From Podarcis gaigeae (lineage: Eukaryota), in NCBI GenBank assembly GCA_964106915.2, contig OZ066918.1: 64,000 nucleotides of DNA. The stretch is one strand, 5' to 3'. The stretch's first letter is position 1, and every line of letters begins with the position of its first letter. A program made the translations under genes and the position numbers. The notes under the pieces are model-generated. The model had not been told where the DNA came from, did no database searches, and saw only the letters and a program-made list of their open reading frames with translations. Shown here in pieces: positions 1-12,856 of this stretch.

Positions 1-336
1 AACGCTTATTCCACAAAAGGTTTACAAAGTTCAGTTATTGCAAAGGTTTCTCAGTGTTAATTTTACGCATTTTTAAAAATCACCAGGTATTTAACAATAA
101 CATCTTAGGTCCTTTAGAGGAGAAATTGTGAACTGTAGAATTTTAAATACCCGTCATCATCCTTGGCTTCACTCAGTTTTGTTTATAACACTCTTCCATT
201 TTCTTCTAGACGTGAGGGTGGGGGTAGCCTAGGGCCTCTCTTCATCTAAATCCGGCCCTGCTCTCCCCATTCATATTTTATAGTGTAATTTTATGTTGGG
301 TAGCCCCCTGAGACCTATGGCAATAGGGTGGTACAA

Positions 337-345
337 ATTATTATT

Positions 346-390
<45 letters not shown>
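337..390. repeat. (ATT)n/(AAT)n microsatellite
   Basis: Direct observation. Confidence 0.95.
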
Positions 391-391
<1 letters not shown>

Positions 392-812
392 CTATTTCAC
401 TCGGGTGGTGGGGGGCGGGGCGGGGAGCACCTGAAGAAGAACCTCATGGGTCTGAGACTAAGATGGTAATGGGTGCTCTTTCAGGTCTCAAACTGTGACA
501 AGCCCTGAATCCAACAGCTTTCCAGATATAGAGTGGGAGGCTACAGAGTTGGATAAGCCACTGTGCCTAAAGCTGCCCCAACAATCCCTCCCGCCCCCAA
601 ATGCAAACAAACCACACTGCAGCCAACAACAGACAACCAACTACACACTGTCCCCCCAATCCCTCTCCCTACCAAGGAAATGAAATAAGTGAATAGGAAG
701 AGGACCTAACAAGTAGACACTGATGCAAAACCCCACATGTACACTATATAAGAGAATATGAGTCTCACCAACACCACCTTCCCCCCCTCTTCTTCCCCAC
801 CCTTATACTGTA

Positions 813-1044
813 CAGTGGTACCTCGGGTTAAGTACTTAATTCGTTCCAGAGGTCCGTTCTTAACCTGAAACTGTTCTTAACCTGAAGCACCACTTTAGCT
901 AATGGGGCCTCCCGCTGCCGCTGCCGCTGCACCGCCGGAGCAGGATTTCTGTTCTCATCTTGAAGCAAAGTTCTTAACCCGAGGTAATATTTCTGGGTTA
1001 GTGGAGTCTGTAACCTGAAGCGTATGTAACCCAAGGTACCACTG
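813..1044 (+). mobile_element. Tc1/mariner (Tigger/pogo-like) MITE, copy 1
   Basis: TIRs CAGTGGTACCTCGGGTTA / TAACCCAAGGTACCACTG with TA on both sides. Confidence 0.9.
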
Positions 1045-2223
1045 TATACAACACTAATGTCTCATTTCAAATGCAACCGATCAGTAGAAAAGACTTTACA
1101 ACCTGAAAAAAGAGGCAATGCACGTACTTTTGTAAACCAAGGAAATCTTTAATAAAAACTATTTAAGAAAGAAAGGCTATCTAGAGGGAAGGACCACCAA
1201 ACACCAAGTCACCTGTGCTGACTTTCTTTCCCTGTTAGGGTTGCTGACCTCACTTCCTCACATAGTAAACAGGTACATATGTCAAAAAAACAATAAAAAC
1301 AACTGCATATATTTATATATAATTGTAAAAGTCATAAATATAAAAAACAGTTTAAAACAAAAGCAGAACATCCATGAAAAAAATTAGAATCCATCGTAGA
1401 GTAGACACAAACTGTGATAAAGTTTTCTGAAGGCTTGCTGAAAAAGCAACGTCTTTGGCTCAAATGGCAAGAGAGAAGATACTTGTCTGATATGCACTGG
1501 GATGAAGCTCCAAAGGGGAGGCAGAACTGGGTCCCAGCTAATGAACTGTGCTGCTGCTGCTGCTGCTGCAATCTCAAGTGCTCACTGCTCAGATAGCTTG
1601 CACCTGCTGCTTGCTGCTCCACAGTGAGTCACTTCACGGCTGTATTTATTTTTAAACATCTGTATGTGAAGTGCCTATATATATCTATATATCTATATAT
1701 ATGAAAGAATTACTTATTTTCAAGGCAAATAAGGTGCATGGTAAAGTCTTTGGCTCATTTGGCTTCCCTCTTCAGGTTGCATGTGGGTCTGGGGCCTTTG
1801 CCGCTGCAACCTAGCTGATACTTCAGATGAGGTAGCAGGGTTGGAGTGCTTTTGTCCAGAGGAGGACTAATGGATGCTTCTTTCCTTCTGTTGATTTTGG
1901 GGGACTGCGGAGATGACGTGTGCATGCATGCATACATGCGTGCCATTAGCATGCCTCACAGCAGAGAAGCTCTTCTGTGTGAACAGCCAAAGTGCACAGG
2001 GATGAGAAAGATACAAAGTCAAATATGAGTCTTTGTCCAAGGCAAGAAACCCTCTAATTTGACTTGCAAATTTGCAAGCATCATTCTTCATCTCTGCATT
2101 GGCATTTTGCATTAGACTGCTTCAGGTGCTGCCCCTCCTCTCCTCATACCATAAACAGTGGCGGCACCAATTTGAATGAGAAGTGTTTCTAATAAATCCT
2201 CACAGAACTAGAAGACTGGGAGA

Positions 2224-2225
<2 letters not shown>

Positions 2226-2262
<37 letters not shown>
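2226..2262. repeat. (CT)n microsatellite
   Basis: Direct observation. Similar tracts at 5437-5461 and (GA)n 8192-8235. Confidence 0.95.
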
Positions 2263-2266
<4 letters not shown>

Positions 2267-4299
2267 CTGGTTCAGTCCTCCCCACATTAGTTTAAGGATT
2301 ATTTTATATTTAAAAAATACTACAATCCAACAAATCGATTTTCAAACCAAATCACTGAACACAACCAACTCCAAACCTAGATACAGCAAACAGGGTTTAA
2401 AATAGGTCAGGTCTGATGGTTGTTGCACGGGGGAATAGAAAAAGAATTAACCTGGTGCACTTAATGCAGAGTGCCAAGATTCATCACTTGTTCTGATCAG
2501 ATAATGGTGCTTGTTCCCTATTTTCTTAGGAAGTTTCCTATCCATTTTTTTTTCAGATTAACAACTGGATGTTTCTTTAGAAAGATGGAAGGTGTTTTGC
2601 ACCATTATAGGAACTGTTTCTGGAACTTCTCCATCATTTTCCAGGTTCTTCTAAGGCAAGGTTGGGGAATGTGTGGCCCTCTAGTTGTTGATGGACCACA
2701 ACTCCCACCATCCCTGACTATTGGCTCAGGAGAGGAGAGCAGTGGCCTGTGGGGACCTGTACCAGCCAGGAGGCAAGAATCAGAGGTGGGGGGGGGGAGC
2801 TTTAGAGCTGGAAGAAGCGGATGACAAGGCAGGCCAGGCAAATGGACTGGGTGCTTCCCCAGCCTCGCCCCCACCACTCCCAGAACCAGGACAGAATTGA
2901 AGCAGGTAGAGCAGAAACAGCATCTTCCATACAGGTGTAGTCCCCAGCTATGTTTGGACAACCCATCAGGGGAAGGTACATAAGCTGATGGAGGGGGAGT
3001 GGTTCCCAGTTGTTGCAACTGCTCTATAGAGTGCAGACCTGGGAATAGATGCCTAGATGCCAGACTGGTGTGTGTTAGTCTCCAGAGTTGTGGAAGCAAC
3101 TGTAACTGTTATCTCTGATGATAAAGAGTTAGCTCTCTACCGTGTGCATTCGTTGGCTGGGAAGCACCCATGACATTGGCCATGCTGTCTGGCACTGATG
3201 GGAGATGGAGTCCAACAACAGGTGGAATGAGACAGGTTCCCCATTCCTGTTCTCAGAGTGCCATTGAACAAAACACAATTTCCTTCATCATTATCTCTGG
3301 ATTGCTTGGTGGGAACTTCAGTACCCCTTCCTGAGCATCGCCAAGTATCTTCCCCAAGAAGCTGGGTGGTCCTCTTCCTTCCTTTCCAAGACTTTTGCAG
3401 GAAGCCCAGCAAGGAGACTGACCAACAACAGTGAAACTCCAGTTTACCTAAATGGATCCCTGCCTCCACCATGGTCCAGAACTTGCTCTGTTTTGTTTTT
3501 GGCAGTGTGTTTGCTCTTGATTTCAATACAAGTCCTCTGCTCCACCATTGCTAACAGAAGAAATCCATTTGCTGGCCATATTTGCAAACCAGGACCCCCC
3601 AATGAGATGCAACCCTGGGTCTCGCCCGTTATGGTACTGTTGGTTCCAAGGGGGATCCAAGTCTACACAGATAAAGGCACAGAAATCCAAACAAAATCAG
3701 GGCTGTCACTTTATCACCTCCACCAATGCTATAATACATGGTCAGCATGTGGTGCTTTAGGGCAGAAGTCCAGGGCCTCACTCTGAAGGCTGAGAAGGAG
3801 GATCCCCAAACACAACCACCGAGGTTACCACATTCTGGAGGAAGTGACATGATGCACTAAAGAGCCATAAGACCATTAAGGCCAGAGGTAATAACAAGGA
3901 TGGAGAACTTCAGGTCTGGGGACCAAATGTGGCCTTTCAGCTCTCTCTGTCTGGCCCTGGGGACTCCCCCAGAACAAACTCTCCATTGCCCCTGCTTTGC
4001 ACACCCTTTGAGAGTATTTAGCTGCAATGTATCCTTGAGCTCCCATACTGTTTCTTGCTTGCTTGGGTGCAGGACAGAGAGAAGTAAGAAAGTGCATGTC
4101 GAAATGAGGTCCCTGAACAAAGGGGTAGTCATTGCTCCAGCCACTTTGGCCTCTAGTCTCTCCCTCCACTGGCATTCAACCACCTCCGTCCTCCTGCCAA
4201 GGTTGTCTAGACCAGAATGTGTCCCTGGGACAGGAAAAAGGTGTTCTCAACCCTGGTGATACCTGAGGAAACGGCACCAGAGGTCAGTTCCTCCCACTG

Positions 4300-7200
4300 T
4301 GTTTCTGGATGGAGAATGAGAACGGTAGCGGGTTGTTGATTGATGGCCTGAGCTAGAGCCAAAGAACTATTCATCTCCGAACAAGACCTGGCCTGGGATC
4401 CCGTCCCCGCAAAGCGCTTTTCTTCCAGAAGCTTCATCAGACCCCACACGAACTCAACAAGTGAGAGCGCACCAATTTCCAGCAGAACGTCTCTGTTCCT
4501 GACAGACTGAAGGCGCCTCTCCTCTTGGGATGGGTGGTGGGGGTCTTGGAGAGAGGGAGCTGCCTCCTCCCTCCTGGCTCTAGAGATGGTTTCGCTGCCC
4601 CCTTTCGATGGCGGGAAGAGAGCCATCTCTCCACTTTTGCGCCCGGCGGTTGCGCTCCAAGCAAAACCGCCTGGCGGATGAGTTAAACTGGGGAAGGGGG
4701 GAAATGGAGCGGAGGGGGAAATAAAGAGCATCTGTCGAACTGGACAAGGAAGCCCTTCCCTCGCAATCGAGGCCTTGTTCTCAGCCATATTAGCGGGGTT
4801 CTCGTTTGTCAACCGGTTGCGTGTGCGAGAGAGAGCGGAGGACGCCAAGAGGTGGCTCCCCAGTTATCTCTTCTGGGTAGGTATGTCAGGAGCGGCAGCT
4901 GTTCCTTCTGTGTGCCTTCTGAAGAGCATCCATATGTGGCGGCTCAACATATGGCCTCACAAATCACGGTTTCCAGCTAATGGTCTCCCCCACCTCCTCC
5001 TCGCCAGTTTCCTCCTGGCTTGGGGCGGGGAAAGAGAATGAGCGAGCAGGGCGCTGAGAAGTCTTGGAGGGCGCAACAGGTGTTGCGCTGCGCCCTTGTA
5101 CCTTTCCCCGACATTGAGCGCAGCTCAGCTCCTCTCAAAGCTTCGTTTGTCCGCCGCTGAATGGAGAGATCTTGTGTGTCTCTCTCTGTGTATAGAGGGA
5201 AGCGGGGGAGAACGTGTCAGCACAAAGCTCCGGCCACTTGGACTAACCCCTTTCCCTTGTCTGGGTTCATTTTGTGTGTGGGGTTGTTTTTTGGGGGGGT
5301 CTATTTCCTTTCCCAAGTGTTCCACGTGCGTCTTGGGTTACCTCAGATGGGGACATATGGTCGCCCTCTCACCTCTCCAAAAATAATGGGGGAATGCCTT
5401 CTTTTCAGGGATGCGGATGAACCCGGTGCCAGTTATTCTCTCTCTCTCTCTCTCTCTCTCTCCTTTAATGGATTGTGTGTTTGTGTGTGTGCGTGCCTAA
5501 GATTGTATTGACACAGTTTGTGTGGGAAAGGGAAGCCAGACGGCCCTGTTATCTCCACGAGCCCTCCTCAAACCAAACAGCGCGCCAGTTGGCCGCGGCA
5601 GCCTGCAAGAGGAGAAAGGGGAGGGGGAGGCCCAGATTGCACGAAGCCTTCGCCGACGCCTGGCAGGCGAAAAGGTGGGGTGCTTGGCTCCTCTGGTTAC
5701 CATATGGTTTCAATAAAATAAGACAAATAGGACGGGGCGATAGGGAATTGCAGTAAACCTGTTATAAAGTAGCAGAAGGAAGGCCAATGTAAACGCCAGA
5801 AGGGCCCCAACTGGGATGGCCCTTTAATGCCAGGGAGGCATTCAAGCTGCCCGGACAGGTGTGAGGAAGAAGCCAAGGCAGCGCCCCCCCACCTCCGGTC
5901 GATTTTTATCACGTTTGTGGTAATATTGCGCTTGTTATGCTAACTATGAGTAAACAGAAGCGACCAGCCAATTGTGGCAATTGGAGGGAAGTTATCGGGG
6001 AAAGCAATGGCACAAAGGGGGGTTGGGGAGAGGGAGAGAAGGTGATCTAACAATAAAGTTGCCTTGTTTCCCTGAGCAGGTGATGGCTGCCCCCCGCCTC
6101 ATGATTAATGTTTCCCCAAAGCACTCCACTTTACAATCTCTTGTCATTATTTATTAAACGAAATCTATTTATTATTATTTTAGCAAACAGTGCGACCAGG
6201 TGGGGCTTTCTTTTCCCTCTTCAGCTTTTGTCTGGAGGACGTTTGAAGTGGGCAGTCTAAGGGGTTGGTAACTCGCTCACCAGATTTTTGTTATCCATTT
6301 GTGTGCAAGCAAAAAAATCTGCCAGGAGCCTATTCAGTTTTCCCTCGCGCCCCCCTTTCCCTCCTCTCGTCGCAAATCTAAAAAGGGCACACAAAATTCG
6401 AGAGGGGAGAAAAGTCTCTCGCTTCCTCCCCGCCCCCAATTTTCCTTGTGGGGGAAAAGACGGGAAAGTCTTTCAGATCCCCGTAGAGAAGAGACGCGAG
6501 CGGCGGTCGACAGATGCACAAGACTGGCGTTCACCGACGCCTCTGCCCTGCGCTTTTGGAGACAGCCGTGCGTAAAAGGGGTCTCAGGGGGCCCCCGTGC
6601 TACCTGTCGCATGGAGCAAACCGCAGCTTGTCCGAGGTCACCCTTCCAGCTCTGGGAAAGGAGCTGTTTCAGCACCACCGCTTTCCACATAGGGATCTTT
6701 TACACAGATTCCAACGGCGATTCTCGCTGCCGCAGCCAACGGCCAGTGAGGAAATGTTTTTGGTGAGGTGAAACGGAACCCAGAAAACGCCTCCAAATCC
6801 GCCCTTTGGGGCTTGACAAAGATCTCAGCCCCACTCCGATTCCAGCTCGGCAGACTCCTCCAAGCATGGGAAAGGGCACCTCAGAGTTTCTCCTTCCCGC
6901 CCTGAGGTGGGAAAACAGACGTGCCCAGAGCTTTCCAACTGTTTGCGTAAATTTCCCGGGTAATTTTTGCGCACAAAAGTGCCTCCTCCTTTTCCTTTGC
7001 TCGGGTCCACTTTCTTAAAGGAAAATCACATTTGGACCTTAGAGTTCCCACCACCAGGTCTCTTTGAAGGACCCCAGCCTTTTTAGAGCTCCAACCTCTC
7101 TAATTTTTAAGCACGGGGGCGAAAGTTCCAAGTTTCCCTTTAGAAAGGAAATTTCTTTTCCCCTTCCCTTTTTTGCTTTTACTTTACTGGAGGGTTGGGA

Positions 7201-7500
7201 TGGCGAAGTCTTTGGAGAGCCGCATCCCCGGTGCTGACTCCCCCCAAAATAATAATTTTTGGTCACCTAGTGGGGGTATTTGGCCATTCTGGGGCGCGGG
7301 GGAGACCTTGGAGCGACCCCTTACCCCTCTCTGATGGAGGGAAGGGAGGTCCTTTCCTCTGCGCGGGCAGCAACAGGTGTGCGCAAAGGAAGCCCAACTG
7401 TTGCTCCCGCGTGCCATTGTCTCCAGTCCTCCCAGACACGCTCTCCTTGGGTCTCTGGTTGAATCTTTCTTTTTTGCACATGGCTCGGTGCCAACGCCTT
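4300..7500. other. CpG-rich island around the NEUROG3 upstream enhancer
   Basis: Visibly high CpG density relative to flanks, and few recognisable TEs. Confidence 0.6.
5690..6310. promoter_or_regulatory. NEUROG3 distal (endoderm/pancreas) enhancer homolog
   Basis: Block TTGTCATTATTTATTAAACGAAATCTATTTATTATTATTTTAGCAAACA (6141-6189) matches my recollection of the mammalian Ngn3 'cluster 1' (HNF1/HNF6/FOXA). Also FOX GTAAACA 5950-5956, SOX AACAAT 6049-6054, E-boxes CAGGTG 6077 and 6197. Confidence 0.7.
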
Positions 7501-8187
7501 TGTTCCCTTCTGTGGCTTATGTGTGTAACTTTAAACACTTCCTGACAGTTTGCCTTGTTTGGCCAAAGGCTTTTTCAAAACAGGCCGTCTATGCAAAACT
7601 CAATCTAGCGGTTGCTTTTTACAAGTCAGAGGGAAAGACTGTTAAAAAAAAAAAAGGGAGCAAATACACTAGTACAGAGGAAAGGGGAGGGGAGGGGAGA
7701 AAGGAACCAAGGCCTCTTTCCTCAAGAAAACTGGCCTCTTCCTTAGGGTCAATTGGGTGGCGGGGGGTGGGGAATGTTATGAATGACAACCCTTGTATGG
7801 TAGTGATATAAACATAAGATCTGCAAGGTTGGACAGAGCAAGGGCTATCTAGTGCAGCACTGTGGCTGGTCAGATGCTTCTGAGAAACTCAAAAGTAGAG
7901 GATGCAAGTGATGGTGTGGTGGGGGCGGCGGGTTGGTTGTCTGTCCTCTACATTAGATGGTACTCAAACATAGACTGGCACTGTGCAGGGAGGTTCCATT
8001 TAGCCACCATGGCTATGGAGAGGGAATTTGTGCAGACTTTCCCCCCACTCTCCCCACAAGCCAACAAAGGCAATCACCACTTTTTGCACTTGCAAATCCC
8101 ATAAACAAATTCATATCCCTGTGAAAACTGATTTGAGTTTGGCACATAGCTAAGTGAAACCTCTCCCCTGCCCCAGGTTTCTAACAC

Positions 8188-8237
<50 letters not shown>

Positions 8238-8582
8238 ATCTCCTTTTCACTCTCAAACCCATAGTTCTATAAATCTCATGTTTTCCATTTTTCACCCACC
8301 CACTAAAGAGTCCATAAAAGACAGCAACACTTTACCCACCTACCTGGGAATGAGCCCACTTAACAAATGGGGCAGCAACAGAACAGCAGTAGAACCAAAG
8401 GCTTTCCGGAAAAGAAGTCTTCAGTCCCCAGCAAAACACAGGCAAAGAGGGGCTTCCTCTAAGCTTTTGGTTAGTGAGTTCTGTGAGCTGAGTTCCACCA
8501 CAGAGAAAATATGCATTCTCCCACATTGCCACCAAATGTGTCTCAGAGTTTATTTATTTGCGGACAAATATCATGCCCTTTC

Positions 8583-8757
8583 TGTGCGCTGCTCTGGTTT
8601 CGCCAGAAGCAGCTTAGTCATGCTGGCCACATGACCCGGAAAAACTGTCTGCGGATGAATGCCGGCTCCCTCGGCCAGTAAAGCGAGATGAGCACCGCAA
8701 CCCCAGAGTTATTCACGACTGGACTTAACTGTCAGGGGTCCTTTACCTTTACCTTTT
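8583..8757 (+). mobile_element. Sauria SINE 3' fragment
   Basis: Matches the 3' half of 10307-10652 and ends in CCTTTACCTTTACCTTT. Confidence 0.85.
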
Positions 8758-8802
8758 TATCATGCCCTTTCTCTGCCATGGAACCCAAGGAATTGTCTGT
8801 AA

Positions 8803-8865
8803 AGTCCCCAGGTGGTCACTCACCCAGGTACTGACCTGATCTACAGCTGCTTAACTTCAGCAGTG
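8803..8865 (-). mobile_element. 5S rRNA-derived fragment (pseudogene or SINE3-type head)
   Basis: CCCAGGTGGTCACTCACCCAGGTACTGACCTG...CTGCTTAACTTC resembles the reverse complement of the 5S internal control region. Degenerate. Confidence 0.5.
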
Positions 8866-9947
8866 AAAGAGGTTGATCACCATGGATTTAGCCTGGAAAC
8901 TGGTCTAAGCTATGCTGAGTGCGGAGGTGCTGGAAGGAGAAATATAACATTAAAGAAAGGCAAGGCAGCTTTTTATTATCTATCAGTATTTACTTATGTA
9001 TAGGGCAGTCAAGACCCCCTTTGCTCCATGCTGGGGGTTGAGTTGGGTGTGGGTGTCTCTCTGGCCAGCCCTGTTGGCCTCTGTCAGTCATCACCTCCAC
9101 TAGTATGGAGTCCCTCCTTCCACTTGCCCAATAGGCAGGGAGAATGACTGCCAGGAGAATCCCTACCACCTGCTAGCAGAAAACCCTGAAATGTAGCTTT
9201 CTGGGGAGCAGAACTGAGCTGGCCAGAGATCCAAGCAATCACTGCTTTGCTCTCATGATGACACTGGTTCTGATTCAGGCCCAGTCACCCCATGAGCTGC
9301 AGGCTGGTGCAGTAATCTGCCTCCCCCCTCCCCATGTGTGGCACTGCCATTCTGTAATGCTGGGTGAGGGGAGCTGGGATTACTCCCATACTAAGAGGTT
9401 TTGGTTCTGCCTCCCTAAGAGTCTTGAAGTGGGCTACAAAATTTAAAATAACAAAATCTCAATGCAATAAAATAAACGCAGCTGAAAGATAGGGATTAAA
9501 TAAATCAGATACTGGAACTATGCACCAGCTGAGTACATAAATAAGTTTTAAGGAAGGCTGTTTCCTTTGTAGTTTATAGCTAGCTGGGCATCGATGCCAG
9601 CCAGAAAATACAAACTGGAATCAAGAACTAGGGCTTCCCTTTCTTAAACCTTTCCAGATTCCTCCTTTTAAAACAACTTTTTACACAGTATAGAAACCAC
9701 TTTTGCCTGCTGGGTGCTCCAAGTTACAGAACACATGATGGGCACAGGACTGCACTGGGTCCAAATATCCCAGAGGACTGAAGAGACACAGAAGTTGGTG
9801 AAAGCAGCATTTTTTTTCATTGGAACAGTACCTGACATTTGTCAAAGAACAAGCAAGCCTTTAAATGATGCACAACTTGTAACGGAGACTCATTCTCCAC
9901 TCTGCACTGTCTGCTGGATCCATTGTGAAGTTACTCATAAGCAAACC

Positions 9948-10014
9948 GAGATGCCTGCATTGCAGGGGGTTGGACTAGATGACCCTTGGGTCCCTTCCAG
10001 CTCTACAATTCTAT
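9948..10014 (+). mobile_element. CR1-type 3' tail fragment (LINE or SINE)
   Basis: CCTGCATTGCAGGGGGTTGGACTAGATGACCC...CTCTACAATTCTAT. Confidence 0.65.
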
Positions 10015-10306
10015 ACCCCACTGAATTTACTGTAGTAGCCTTAGGGAGTTTCCCTCTACTTGCACATAGCTTTGCTTTAGCACCCTGCATCAAAACAGAG
10101 ACACCGTTACAAGAGACCACTGGTGGCAGAGCTGACTTCTGATGGAGCGAGTAAAATGTTGGAATACTTGGGAGAAGCCACATTTGGGGTATTATGTGGG
10201 GTGTGTGAAATGTCCTGTTCCCTTGCAGCAGGAGAATTGCAGCAAAAAACCAAAAGCAATGGAGACAAGAGAGCTCTCTTTTTGAGGCTAGTTAATTGAC
10301 TATTAA

Positions 10307-10652
10307 GGGATGCGGGTGGTGCTGTGGTCTAAATTACAGAGCCTAGGGCTAGCCAATCAGAAGGCTGGCGGTTCGAATCCCCGAGACAAGGTGAGCTCCC
10401 ATTGCTCGGTCCCAGCTCCTGCCAACCTACCAGTTTGAAAGCATGAAGTGCAAGTAGATAAATAGGTACCGCTCCAGCGGGAAGGTAAATGGCGTTTCCG
10501 TGTGCTGCCCTGGTTCGCCAGAAGCGGCTTAGTCATACTGGCTACATGACCCGGAAGCTGTACGCTGGCCCCCTTGGCCAATAAATCGAGATGAGCGCCG
10601 CAACCCCAGAGTCGTCCACGACTGGACCTAACGGTCAGGGGTCCCTTTACCT
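10307..10652 (+). mobile_element. Full-length Sauria (Squam1-type) SINE
   Basis: tRNA-like head with GGTTCGAATCC B-box, (ACCTTT) tail, and 14-bp TSD TTAATTGACTATTA at 10292-10305 and 10653-10666. Confidence 0.9.
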
Positions 10653-10871
10653 TTAATTGACTATTAGCAGTGCTACAGCTAGTTGTTTCTGTGCCTGGGA
10701 AAGGACGGCTACACCAGTTGCTAGAGAACTTGTGTGCCTCCAGATGTTATTGGACAACTCCTGACCATTGACCACAAGTTGCCTGGGGCTTATGAGAGTG
10801 TGAAACAATACCCTAGGACCCCGGGCTCCCTAACACCCTCCCAGAACTGACACCATAGAAATGACCATAGA

Positions 10872-11045
10872 AATGGAATTTGCTGCCAAGGAGTGTGGTG
10901 GAGTCTCCTACTTTGGAGGTCTTTAAGCAGAGGCTTGACAACCATATGTCAGGAGTGCTCTGATGGTGTTTCCTGGTTGGCAGGGGGTTGGACTCGATGG
11001 CCCTTGTGGTCTCTTCCAACTGTATGATTCTATGATTCTATGACC
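10872..11045 (+). mobile_element. CR1 LINE 3' end
   Basis: GTGGTGGAGTCTCC...GAGGTCTTTAAGCAGAGGCTTGAC...GGGGGTTGGACTCGATGGCC...(ATTCTATG)n tail. Confidence 0.8.
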
Positions 11046-11079
11046 TATACGGGTGCTTTAAACCAAAGTTCTCAACTAA

Positions 11080-11262
11080 ACACAGGAAGCTGCCTTTAAC
11101 TGATAAGTTGATTCGTCTGGCTTGTTACTGGTCAACCTTGGCTGACAACTCTCAGGAGTTTCAGATGGGAGCATTTCCCCCAGCCCTACCCAGAGCCGCC
11201 ACGAATTGAACCAGAGACCTTACGCATGCAAAACATACGCTCTGCTACTGCGTTGTAGCCCT
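11080..11262 (-). mobile_element. tRNA(Ala-like)-derived SINE (Squam3-like), degenerate
   Basis: GAATTGAACC...GCATGCAAAAC...CTCTGCTACTG is the reverse complement of a tRNA-Ala-like head. A related copy lies at ~59000-59158 (+). Confidence 0.55.
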
Positions 11263-12013
11263 TCCTTATATAGGGATCTCAGATTAACTGCCCTTACTCA
11301 AAGGCTACTGTGCAGAACACCTGCTGTCTGCTGCTGTCCAATGGCTCATGGGTCTGTCTTTCTCCTTCCCCGTGTGCAGTATTCAGAGGCTCTAGGTGCA
11401 GGGGCAATGAGAACCTGCAATTGTGCCATTCTGCTTGGCTAGCTGCTTTCACTAAGTTGACATCTAGTTTGAATCTGCCTTCTGCAATTTTCTTTTTTTT
11501 TTTTTAATCAGCACCTCAAATGCTGAAAAATCTCATATCATGCTTTTGTTGGAGGGATGGTCCGAAAATGTAGCTATGTTGCGTAGAAATTAGTTTCACA
11601 CTAGGACCCGAGTTCAAATTTCCACTAAATCTTTCGGCTCGCTTGAGCTAGTAAACTCTTTCTCAGCTTCACCTATTTCACAGGTGGCTGCGAAGAAGGA
11701 GAGATGACTTTAGATGTGTTTTTGCAAGCAACGTTGGGGGCAGAGAATAGGTTTAAAAAGATTTTCCCCAAGCTTTGTTTCCTTTTTAGTTTCTAAGTGG
11801 CTTTTCTTTCTCAAAACAGACAAAATACTCAGAGGAGCACAGGTTAGCCCCCCTGGGGCATCTGCCTTCATGGGCTTCCCAGACTAGATATTAGTTCTGG
11901 AAACGGGGATGCTGTACTCAAGGAATTCCTTAGTTTGCAGGATGCATTTTCTACTGCGCATAAACCCGCTTGTAGCCCCTCCAAGAATCCACCTTAATTG
12001 CTGCACGTGCAAA

Positions 12014-12099
12014 GCAATCCTACACCCATCCACTTACCTGGGAGTAAGCCCCACTCAATTCAGTGGGCCTTACTTCCGAGTAGATACGTCTAGGATTGC
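12014..12099. repeat. Short palindromic squamate interspersed repeat (GCAATCCTA...TAGGATTGC); degenerate copies at ~8330, 15390, 16350, 23430, 23815, 46555, 59975
   Basis: Terminal inverted GCAATCCTA/TAGGATTGC and shared core CTGGGAGTAAGCCCCACTCAATTCAGTGGG. Confidence 0.6.
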
Positions 12100-12479
12100 G
12101 CAGCATGGGAGGAAAGATTCCAGAGTCCAAAGACCTCTTCTTGGCTAACGCATAAAAACGGAAGGTTAACATGCCATTGAATAAATACGTAAAAATAAAC
12201 CAAACTGTACCGAAAAGAAAAGCGGCGCGTGTGTTTTAGGAGTTTATTTGAAGATGTTTTGCTGCCATTCTCCTTTTGAACCCCCGCCCCCCCCCCCATC
12301 AAGGCGGCAGCTCTATCAGTGCTTGGCAATCTTGGGCTTCTGCTTGCGCGCCCGCGCGCACACGCACCTTGCCGTGAAGCGTCTCTATTGCGGGGGAGCT
12401 GCTGCTGCTGCTGCTGAGGAGGCGACAGGGGCATCTCCCCCCCCCCCAAAGTTCTTTGTTGGGCCGCCAGCTGTGCAAG

Positions 12480-12735
12480 GGGCTCGCGTGGCTCAGCCCG
12501 GAGGCGCCTCTCTGATTGGCCTCTTGCGGGCGGTAACGAGACAGGCACGCTCCGAGCCGGCCTGATAAGATAAAGCGTGCCAAGTTGGACGCGCTTTGGC
12601 GAGGTGGCGGGGGTGAACCGGACGGGGGGGGGCGGGGAGGAGAGGGAGGAGAGGACGGGACGGGACAGAGAAAGCACCACACGCTGCCCAGATCAGAAAA
12701 CCCTGCATTGTCTCTGCGCCCTATATATAGGGGGC
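12480..12735 (+). promoter_or_regulatory. NEUROG3 proximal promoter
   Basis: TATATATA 12722-12729. Inverted CCAAT (ATTGG 12515-12519). Tandem GATA sites TGATAAGATAAAG 12563-12575. HES class-C-type CGCGTG 12485-12490, plus GGCACGC/GCGTGCC flanking the GATA pair. CpG-rich context. Confidence 0.8.
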
Positions 12736-12749
12736 CCCGAGGCAGTCGT

Positions 12750-12856
12750 GTGCCCGACCTGCAGCCTCCACTCTTCTGCCGTCGGGGAAGGCGCTATCCG
12801 TGCCTCGCGCTCCAAGGTGGGCTGCTCCCAAAGCGAGATCGTCGCCTCTGGCTCAG
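12750..12856 (+). other. NEUROG3: NEUROG3 non-coding exon 1 (5' UTR); intron 12857-13342
   Basis: ATG-free segment starting ~25-30 nt after the TATA box and ending at strong donor CAG|GTAAGA (12856/12857). Acceptor AG at 13341-13342. TSS is approximate. Confidence 0.75.

Noticed and set aside
4207-4848. 213-aa minus-strand ORF as a protein-coding gene
   Set aside because: Begins at TTG, crosses an apparent polypyrimidine/acceptor tract and has no recognisable family. Kept only as part of the lncRNA hypothesis.
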